Below, in pieces: positions 57,249 through 64,000 of a stretch of DNA of 64,000 nt. The stretch comes from an uncultured Clostridia bacterium. GTDB lineage: Bacteria > Bacillota > Clostridia > Christensenellales > UBA1242. The stretch's first letter is position 1. Every line of letters starts with the position of its first letter. Position numbers and translations under genes: made by a program. Where the stretch lies: assembly GCA_944377365.1 (NCBI GenBank), contig CALWEQ010000010.1:4304-68303 (forward strand). Direction: 5' to 3'. Under the pieces are notes generated by a model that saw only the letters and a program-made list of their open reading frames with translations, did not search any database and was not told where the DNA came from.

Positions 57249-58457
57249 TTATAACAAATTTGCGCTACACATAACAAGGCCTGTTAAAAGTGTGTACATA
57301 AATGAAACTGCAACTAGAATTGAAATTAGTAAACTCATATTTTTTGAAAGTGTGCTGACAAAAGAAGCTATCTTTCCATCGCCAAGCGGTTCGATAATAC
57401 CTGCCATAAGCTTTAAAGCTAACATAAAAATAACAAGTTCTAAAATTGGTGAAAGAATTGTGCCTGCTAAGAGCAACAACCCTGCCGCGCCTATCGCATT
57501 TTTGATTAAACTTGAAGAAGCGAGTAAAATGTAAAATCCATCTGATATATAAGAACCTATTAATGGTACATAACTTTTTATAGCAAATTTTGCTGTTTTA
57601 ATCGACAGTCCGTCAACCGCGCCTGCTGTAATTCCTTGAATTGCGGCAAAGCCTATAAAAACAGTGAATATTATTCCGACTATCCATTTAAATAACGAGT
57701 GAATAAAAGAAATAAGTTTGTCAAGTTTTACGTTGTTTGAAAGATTTGATACTAGTGCAAGAACAGTTGAAATTAAAAATAGTGGTAAGAGAATTAAAGT
57801 AAAAATGTTTACAACAAAACTAGAAAGTAAAGCCATAGCTGGCTGGTAGACAGAAACCGAAACTGATCCTCCAACAGCAGTTAGCATGGTTAGTAAAATT
57901 GGAAAAACTGCATCCATTTGTGATTTAATTGAGTTAAGAGTGTTCGAGGTCAACGTTATCATTCGCATGACGATGGTGAATATTAAAATTATTACAACGC
58001 CATACGTCACAAAATGTATGACTGAGCCTATTGATTTCTTTCCTAAATTTGGCTTTAGATTTTGTATCATTCCACCCAATATCGAAACTGCAATAATAGT
58101 TGCAATTAAAGGTAAAACGTTTAATATTCCGTCGAATACTAAATTAAATATTGCTTGCCAAACTGACGAAGAGTCGTCAGCAAAATCTCCATTTATGATC
58201 GAAACAAGTTTGTCCAAAAAACTCATATCTCCAAAAATTTCTGAGGCGTTTTCTGAGTTTTCTAAGATTTCTTCTAGTTCTGACAAGTCTAAGTCGCCCA
58301 GTTGATCATCTATTGATTGATCAAGCTCTTCTTGAATAGTGCTTTCATCTGATGTAGCAAGAGAAGATTGTTTAGGCGAACTTAAAATGGCGGAGGAAAA
58401 GATTATAGAACAACTAAAAAGCATAAAAACTATAAACAAAACAATTACTTTTTTCAT
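57249..58457 (-). CDS. spoIIIAE: Stage III sporulation protein AE
   Basis: 402-aa polytopic membrane protein with a signal peptide and an acidic N-domain, in the position of the fifth spoIIIA gene. Confidence 0.85.
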   Translation of the reverse strand: MKKVIVLFIVFMLFSCSIIFSSAILSSPKQSSLATSDESTIQEELDQSIDDQLGDLDLSELEEILENSENASEIFGDMSFLDKLVSIINGDFADDSSSVWQAIFNLVFDGILNVLPLIATIIAVSILGGMIQNLKPNLGKKSIGSVIHFVTYGVVIILIFTIVMRMITLTSNTLNSIKSQMDAVFPILLTMLTAVGGSVSVSVYQPAMALLSSFVVNIFTLILLPLFLISTVLALVSNLSNNVKLDKLISFIHSLFKWIVGIIFTVFIGFAAIQGITAGAVDGLSIKTAKFAIKSYVPLIGSYISDGFYILLASSSLIKNAIGAAGLLLLAGTILSPILELVIFMLALKLMAGIIEPLGDGKIASFVSTLSKNMSLLISILVAVSFMYTLLTGLVMCSANLL

Positions 58458-58846
58458 GTTGGCAACAACTCCAATACAATGTTAATAATGTTTGTTACAA
58501 TAGGTATTGCCATTATTAATATAACAATCTTTCCGCCTAAAAGTATTTTGTCTCCTAGCCCACTGCTACCTGCATCTGCACACAAGCTTGCGGAGAATTC
58601 TGTCAGATATCCAATTCCTATAATTTTAAAAACCAACGCTAAAAGATTGCTGTTTATGCCTGTTTTGTTTGCTATAGAAGTTATTAGTGAAATGGCACTA
58701 GTGATAGATGATAAGATCATCACCAAAATTATGACACCACCAACAAGAGAAATTATCATAGCAAAATCAGCACGCACTGGTTTTAAAATTAACACCGCTA
58801 TGCATGTAACTAGTCCCACTCCAATAATTTTGAAGATAAGTTCCAC
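58454..58846 (-). CDS. spoIIIAD: Stage III sporulation protein AD
   Basis: ELIFKIIGVGLVTCIAVLILKP resembles the SpoIIIAD N-terminus. GTG at 58846 follows a GAGGA RBS; the ORF track starts at TTG 58888, overlapping spoIIIAC. Confidence 0.78.
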   Translation of the reverse strand: MELIFKIIGVGLVTCIAVLILKPVRADFAMIISLVGGVIILVMILSSITSAISLITSIANKTGINSNLLALVFKIIGIGYLTEFSASLCADAGSSGLGDKILLGGKIVILIMAIPIVTNIINIVLELLPT

Positions 58847-58874
58847 TTGCGTCCTCACTTCTAATATTTTTTTA

Positions 58875-59072
58875 TCAACCGAAGTCAAACATAGTCTTTA
58901 TAGTCCCAAACAAATCGCCTATTAAAGACAGCACCATTACCAAAACAATAACCAACCCTGCAAGAGTTGCCAAAGTTCCGATTTCATCTTTCCCTGTTTG
59001 TTTTAAAATCTGAGTGACTACCGCAGTCAAAATGCCAATAGCAGCGATTTTAAAAATTATTTCAACACCCAT
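58875..59072 (-). CDS. spoIIIAC: Stage III sporulation protein AC
   Basis: 65-aa two-TM protein, MGVEIIFKIAAIGILTAVVTQILKQTGKDE. Confidence 0.85.
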   Translation of the reverse strand: MGVEIIFKIAAIGILTAVVTQILKQTGKDEIGTLATLAGLVIVLVMVLSLIGDLFGTIKTMFDFG

Positions 59073-59082
59073 ACATCGCCTC

Positions 59083-59577
59083 CTATAACATTATCACAAG
59101 TAAAAATAATCCTGCTACAACGCCCAATTTTATGCACAAAGATCCATACTTTTTGTTTTCGTTTGAACATTTTGTTAGAGAGTCATCAAAACGTTTTGAA
59201 AAGTTGGCAATTTCTTTGCTCTGACCTAAAACATCGCTTCTTCCCAATGATTTAAAAAATAAAAAAATTGTTTCTTTTTCGTCTGGCTTTAAAAATTGTA
59301 TGTTTTTAAAAAGTTCTGTTTGCTTTAATTCTAAATTGCCGGACAGATATGCTAAAAAATTTTTGTCCAAACCAAACAGATGCTTTTTATTTTTTTCGTC
59401 CATGTCTTCAATAAGCTTTTTTAATCTTTCTCTTGAAAAGTTGATTTCGACATCAAGCTTTTGTGCGAACATAATAAGGGCGGAGTAAAAATTTTGTCGT
59501 CTTTTATACCTAAGTGAAAGAAAATAGCCAACCCCTACGCAAAAGACAAACATAATTGCCATAATCACCCATTTCAT
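59083..59577 (-). CDS. spoIIIAB: Stage III sporulation protein AB
   Basis: 164 aa. N- and C-terminal TM segments and LSLRYKRRQNFY...FFKSLGRSD, typical of SpoIIIAB. Confidence 0.82.
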   Translation of the reverse strand: MKWVIMAIMFVFCVGVGYFLSLRYKRRQNFYSALIMFAQKLDVEINFSRERLKKLIEDMDEKNKKHLFGLDKNFLAYLSGNLELKQTELFKNIQFLKPDEKETIFLFFKSLGRSDVLGQSKEIANFSKRFDDSLTKCSNENKKYGSLCIKLGVVAGLFLLVIML

Positions 59578-59592
59578 ACATCACCTCCTAAA

Positions 59593-60495
59593 TCACCAAC
59601 GCATTAAACGTGAAAGATTTTCATCAAAAACTCCTTCTAATGTGCCGGGGCCTTCGCGCATAGACAACAAGACAAATCTTTTAAATATTTTTTCTTCAAG
59701 AAGTTCTTTGAAGGCTTGTTTTCGTGAAAATGATTCAATGCTGTCAGAATGGACAGATGCTATTATTTTTACGCCAGAATTTGATGCGTATTTCACTGCT
59801 TCGATGTCTTCCCATTCCCCTAATTCATCAGTAACAATCACGTTTGGAGCAAGTGATCTTATTCCATTTTCGAAGCCTAGTTTTTTGCTTGAAAAACTTA
59901 TTATATCTGAAAAAATTCCTAATCCTTTTCCTATGTTTAGTTCGCCTCTTTCATCGAGCACTAAAATGTTGTAAGCAAGATTTCTTTCTGACAACTGCCA
60001 AACAAAATCACGCAAAAAAGTCGTTTTTCCAGCGCCAGGTGGAGAAATAATAAGAGTGTTCAATATGCCTGTTTCTTTTACAATAGATGAAAAAACTTTA
60101 AGAGAACAATTTCTAATTTCATGTGGCAATCTAATGTTTATAGAAGAAAAAGAAGTCATTGTTTTTAAAATACCATTCTCTTCTACAACATTTCCTGCTA
60201 GTCCAATCCTAATTCCTTCACTTGTTACAATGTAGCCCTTTTTAATTTGTTCGTTGACTGAATATATTGAACATTCGCTTGCTCTAAAAACTATTTCTTC
60301 GATCATAGAACGGTTACAGAAAATAGCTTTGTTAAGATCCTTGCATGCTCCTGAGTCACCTAAAAAGAACTTTTGTCCACAACAAGATAAAAGCACAGGC
60401 TTGTCCATTCTTAATCTTATTTCATTAAGCCTTGAAAAACCCACCTTATTAGCAAGCGGAATATATATTTGATCAGGCAATATTCCTTCCAGCAT
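59593..60495 (-). CDS. spoIIIAA: Stage III sporulation protein AA (secretion-type ATPase)
   Basis: Walker A ISPPGAGKTT and Walker B VIVTDELG. First gene of the eight-gene spoIIIA cluster. Confidence 0.88.
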   Translation of the reverse strand: MLEGILPDQIYIPLANKVGFSRLNEIRLRMDKPVLLSCCGQKFFLGDSGACKDLNKAIFCNRSMIEEIVFRASECSIYSVNEQIKKGYIVTSEGIRIGLAGNVVEENGILKTMTSFSSINIRLPHEIRNCSLKVFSSIVKETGILNTLIISPPGAGKTTFLRDFVWQLSERNLAYNILVLDERGELNIGKGLGIFSDIISFSSKKLGFENGIRSLAPNVIVTDELGEWEDIEAVKYASNSGVKIIASVHSDSIESFSRKQAFKELLEEKIFKRFVLLSMREGPGTLEGVFDENLSRLMRW

Positions 60496-60510
60496 CTTCG
60501 CCTCCTAGAA

Positions 60511-60541
60511 ATATATATGCCTTGACAAATTTTGTATATGA
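60511..60541 (-). promoter_or_regulatory. Candidate sigma-E-type promoter of the spoIIIA operon
   Basis: Minus strand: TCATATA, 15 nt, CATATATA, ending about 15 nt upstream of the RBS. This resembles the sigma-E consensus (about kmATATT, about 14 nt, CATACAhT) as I recall it. Confidence 0.4.
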
Positions 60542-60740
60542 AAAACTAACTTGCAAATTTTGTCACATTAAAAGTTAGAATTTATTATTTTTTTAAAATC
60601 CATATAAATTAAAAATCATAAAGAAACAAAAAAATATGCTTTATTGTTTTAGAATAAACGTCTAATGTATATTTGAAAAGATATTAAATGAGTGTTTATA
60701 ATTTCAGTTTGATTCATAATAAAGATTGAGTTAATTAAAC

Positions 60741-60900
60741 AAAAAAAAGTTAAAAGATAATAAAAAAAGTTTGTTAAAGTAAAAATAAAACTAGCAAAGA
60801 TAAAACTGAAACATGTTGTAAAGGTAAAAAGAAACCTGTAAAGATGAAAATGAAATAATTTGTTAAAGTAAGAATAAAAATTATTTGTAATAATTTTGAA
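60741..60900. repeat. A-rich array with a period of about 23 bp (GTTAAAG/TGTAAAG-type repeats)
   Basis: GT(T)AAAG-like cores begin at 60749, 60773, 60794, 60818, 60838, 60862 and 60887, giving spacings of 20-25 bp. Confidence 0.6.
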
Positions 60901-60960
60901 AATCTATTTATATTATAGAAAAAAACAAAATGCAATAACGTTTAATAAGAATTAAAAAAA

Positions 60961-60992
60961 ACTATTATGTTATGTTTTAATAACATAATAGT
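60961..60992 (-). terminator. efp terminator formed by the recurrent palindromic element (ACTATTATGTTAT-loop-ATAACATAATAGT)
   Basis: 13-bp perfect stem; on the minus strand it is followed by TTTTTTTT. The 30-nt core is identical to 26760-26789. Confidence 0.75.
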
Positions 60993-61052
60993 TTAATTTA
61001 AACTGTTTTATCTTATAAATTTAATTAAAAATTAAAAGTCTTAGCTATGTTT

Positions 61053-61616
61053 TTAGTTTTTGCAACGGTCCATATAAGAACCATCGCGAGTGTCAATTCT
61101 CACTCTGTCCCCTTGGTTTACGAAAAGAGGAACGTTTATAACATAACCTGTTTCAAGTTTTGCTGGTTTTGATGCCGATTTTGATGTGTCACCTTGAACT
61201 GCTGGCTCGCAATCAACAATTTCCAGTTCAACAAATGTTGGTGGATAAACGGCGAAAGGTGTACCTTTGAAAAAATACATAGTTGCATTCATGTTTTCGA
61301 CAATAAAGTTTAATGCATCTGCGACAGCTTCTCTGTTTAATGGAATTTGATCAAATGTGGCTGTGTCCATGAAGTAGTATAGCTCACCATCGTTGTAAAG
61401 GTAAGTCATTTCCTTTTTCTCAATAACCGCTGATTGAAATTTGTCTGATGGATTGAATGTGACTTCTTTCACTTGCCCAGTCATGACATTTTTGATTTTT
61501 GCTCTTACAAACGGTGATCCCTTTCCAGGTTTTACGTGCAAGAAATCTATCACCGTGTAAACTGCTCCGTCCATTTCAAATGTTGTGCCTTTTCTAAATT
61601 CACCTGCTGTAATCAT
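61053..61616 (-). CDS. efp: Elongation factor P
   Basis: [43 protein letters not shown]. The ATG at 61616 follows an AAGGAG RBS. Confidence 0.95.
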   Translation of the reverse strand: MITAGEFRKGTTFEMDGAVYTVIDFLHVKPGKGSPFVRAKIKNVMTGQVKEVTFNPSDKFQSAVIEKKEMTYLYNDGELYYFMDTATFDQIPLNREAVADALNFIVENMNATMYFFKGTPFAVYPPTFVELEIVDCEPAVQGDTSKSASKPAKLETGYVINVPLFVNQGDRVRIDTRDGSYMDRCKN

Positions 61617-61699
61617 TTTATTCTCCTTCTTGTTTGTGTGCAAATTTTTATAAAATCAAATTTAAATTTGATGCACAATATATATACCTTTATATTGTA

Positions 61700-62572
61700 T
61701 CACGATTTTTTGTTGTTGCCAAGTGTTTTTAAATAAATTTTTTGCATTTCAATTGCATCTTCTGCCATGCGTCCAGATGATTCACATATTATGTGTGGGG
61801 TTAACCCCAATTCTACTATTGCTTCTGCCAAATTTTCAAAGTTTGGCCCATACTTGTCATCATCAAAGTTTAAGTGTTTGATTTCGCCCTTGTCACCAAA
61901 TTGTATTTTTGAAAAATGTATGTGACATATTTGAGTTCGGTTTTTTCCTATTACTTCAATAGATCTTTTGAAGATTTTTAAGTAATCTTCTTTTGATTTA
62001 AGTGAACCTTGTGTTAAAGCATTTATGTGCCCAAAATCAAATGTTGGGAGAAGATGTTCGTTTTGTGCGCATATTTGCAAAACCTCTTCGTATGTGCCTA
62101 TTTGTTTTGATTTACCCATCGTTTCTGGGCAAAGGTAGATTCCATTTAACAAGCCCTGTTGTTCAAGGTTATTTGCTAGTTCGCCTATTCTGTTTTTTGT
62201 AAGAGCAAAAGCTTCTTCCCTTGTTAAATTTCCTGTTGAACCTGGGTGAAATATCAATCTAGACCCACCAAAAGCGCGAAGAAATTTAATTCCTGTTTTT
62301 ATGTAGCCATATGTTTTCCCTAACAATTCATTGTCCTGGGAAGCAAAATTAATAAAATATGGAGCATGAATAGAAGGCTCAATTCCGTATTTTTTTAGCT
62401 CTTCACCTATCTTTTGTGCCGTTTCAGTCGTCATGGTATATCCACGACCAAAAGAGTATTCATAGATGTCAAGGTTTCTATCTTTTAACCATTTGCCTGC
62501 TTGTAAAGTGCTCTTATACCCTTCTTGATAAAATGATTCACTATTGCCAGCAGGGCCAAATAAAACTTTCAT
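61700..62572 (-). CDS. Xylose isomerase-like TIM-barrel protein (AP endonuclease family 2 / endonuclease IV-related)
   Basis: 290 aa with ...IHAPYFINFAS...RLIFHPGS...LCPETMGK...FDFGHINA..., a pattern of metal-ligand His/Glu/Asp typical of this fold. Confidence 0.6.
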   Translation of the reverse strand: MKVLFGPAGNSESFYQEGYKSTLQAGKWLKDRNLDIYEYSFGRGYTMTTETAQKIGEELKKYGIEPSIHAPYFINFASQDNELLGKTYGYIKTGIKFLRAFGGSRLIFHPGSTGNLTREEAFALTKNRIGELANNLEQQGLLNGIYLCPETMGKSKQIGTYEEVLQICAQNEHLLPTFDFGHINALTQGSLKSKEDYLKIFKRSIEVIGKNRTQICHIHFSKIQFGDKGEIKHLNFDDDKYGPNFENLAEAIVELGLTPHIICESSGRMAEDAIEMQKIYLKTLGNNKKS

Positions 62573-62582
62573 GTTAAATCTC

Positions 62583-63443
62583 CTAGTTTAATCTAATAAT
62601 TAATTTTAAAATATTATTTTTAACATTTCCAACACCTAAAAATTTTTCATCATACAATCTATAATCGCCATCTTTTTGATTAACCTTTATTTGTGCTCCG
62701 TTTAATAACTTTTCACTAAGGATTTTGTCTAAATATAGTTTTGAAAAATTAAAAAGCGTGTCTGGGCTAATTATGTCAAAATTGCCTTCTTTTATGTTTT
62801 CAAGAGTAAAAGCATTGTTGATTGAAAAAACACCACATTTAGACCTTATAATGTCATAACATACGGCATATGTAGAAAAAACCTCAGCCAAATCTCGTGC
62901 AATAGCCCTGATATAAGTGCCCGCAGAACAATTTATTTCTAGCTCAAAAAAGTTTTCGTCTAATTGTCTAATTAATTTAATATCATTAATTTTTATTTTT
63001 TTTGGAGTTAATTTGAAGTCCTCACCCTTTAGAGCTAGCTCGTATGCGCGGACTCCGTTAATTTTTTTCGCTGAAAAGTTTGGTGGCATCTGATTAATTT
63101 CTCCAATAAAACTTGGCAAAACTTTTTGAAGCATTTCTTTCGTAATTATTTTATTGTCAACTTTTTCAATATTGCCTTCGAGATCAAAAGTATCGCTTTT
63201 TTCACCAAATTTGATTTTTGTTGTGTAGGTTTTGTCCTTATTTAAAAACAAGTCAAAAAGTTTTGTAGCTGAATTTAAAGTAATAGGCAAAAGCCCCTCT
63301 GCTTCCATATCAAGCGTGCCTAAGTGGCCTGCTTTTTTTACACCTAAAACTCTTTTAACTATGTTTACAACTGAAAATGAAGACAAACCTCTTGGCTTGT
63401 TTACTAAAACGATTCCACTTTCATTATTGGTTTGTTTTGACAA
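62583..63443 (-). CDS. truB: tRNA pseudouridine(55) synthase
   Basis: GIVLVNKPRGLSSFSVV...KAGHLGTLDMEAEGLLPI catalytic Asp motif. Confidence 0.93.
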   Translation of the reverse strand: MSKQTNNESGIVLVNKPRGLSSFSVVNIVKRVLGVKKAGHLGTLDMEAEGLLPITLNSATKLFDLFLNKDKTYTTKIKFGEKSDTFDLEGNIEKVDNKIITKEMLQKVLPSFIGEINQMPPNFSAKKINGVRAYELALKGEDFKLTPKKIKINDIKLIRQLDENFFELEINCSAGTYIRAIARDLAEVFSTYAVCYDIIRSKCGVFSINNAFTLENIKEGNFDIISPDTLFNFSKLYLDKILSEKLLNGAQIKVNQKDGDYRLYDEKFLGVGNVKNNILKLIIRLN

Positions 63444-63463
63444 GATTATCTCTCCTTTGAGCG

Positions 63464-64000
63464 TTATTTATAAAATTTTCTAATAACTTCTAAAAGTTGA
63501 TTTATTACTTTTCTTTTACATCCTTTGATTGTGCATCCTGCAGCCATTTCATGACCACCGCCACCAAATTTTTCTGCTATCAGGCATACACTATAGCATG
63601 GTTTAGAACGTAAACTGCAATTGTAGGTGTTTTTGCTTACTTGTTTTAAAAGGCATGAGATTTTTATGTTTTGCAGATATATTAATTCGTTGGAATATTC
63701 TAGTTTATTTTTGCTCAATCCATATTTTTTTAAATCTTTCAATTTTACATATGATATTGCAATATCATTATCATAAATTTTAATGCGACTAAAAATTAAT
63801 GCTTTCATTTTTTCAGTATTAACTGATTTGCTTTTAAACAGCATTTGATTGACTTTTTCTGTATCAGCTCCATATTTTACAAGTTTGTAGGCATTTTCAA
63901 AGGTTTTAAGATTTACGTTGCTTGTAACAAATCGATCAGTGTCGCTAACAAGTCCAGCGAATAAGTAGGTCGCTGTGATTTCGTTTGGTTTTTCTCCCAT
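63464..64000 (-). CDS. nrnA: DHH-family phosphoesterase, NrnA-like (C-terminal part only; the N-terminus lies beyond the window)
   Basis: DHHA1 motif FGGGGHEMAAG near the C-terminus. The ORF runs off the window end. Confidence 0.75.
   Translation of the reverse strand: MGEKPNEITATYLFAGLVSDTDRFVTSNVNLKTFENAYKLVKYGADTEKVNQMLFKSKSVNTEKMKALIFSRIKIYDNDIAISYVKLKDLKKYGLSKNKLEYSNELIYLQNIKISCLLKQVSKNTYNCSLRSKPCYSVCLIAEKFGGGGHEMAAGCTIKGCKRKVINQLLEVIRKFYK

Overview
This window looks like chromosomal DNA from a low-GC, endospore-forming Firmicute, probably Clostridia-like. It carries RuvABC, spoIIAA-spoIIAB-sigF, spoVAC/AD/AE, spoIIIAA-AH, spoIVB, ytfI/ytfJ and yunB. Most of it is conserved housekeeping: pheST behind a Phe T-box, argR-recN-spoIVB, serS, rny, tgt-queA-ruvBAC, infC-rpmI-rplT, proS, xseAB-nusB, efp and truB. 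There are no CRISPR arrays, cas genes, transposases, phage modules or recognisable defence systems.

The most unusual region is the minus-strand tRNA operon at about 13.2-14.8 kb. Intact tRNA genes (Pro, CAU, Tyr, Asp, Phe, Thr) are interleaved with tRNA-derived pseudo-units. These are two and a bit tandem 178-bp tRNA(CAU)-like units with an 81-nt two-hairpin insert inside the anticodon, a tRNA-Phe-like copy with a 105-nt insert at the same place, and a duplicated tRNA-Thr 3' half plus terminator. The inserts share short motifs with each other and with the leader of the tRNA cut by the window start.

Other items worth a second look:
- a 30-32 nt perfect palindrome found in at least five intergenic places
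- two A-rich arrays with a 22-23 bp period
- a four-way-junction leader in front of a DUF1846 gene
- two unusual fusion proteins (Cmk-SDR and nucleoside hydrolase-metallophosphoesterase)
- a membrane-anchored PadR-like regulator
- an unknown protein translationally coupled to serS
- a gene interrupted by one in-frame TAA

All protein calls come from motif recognition in the supplied translations. No database search was possible.
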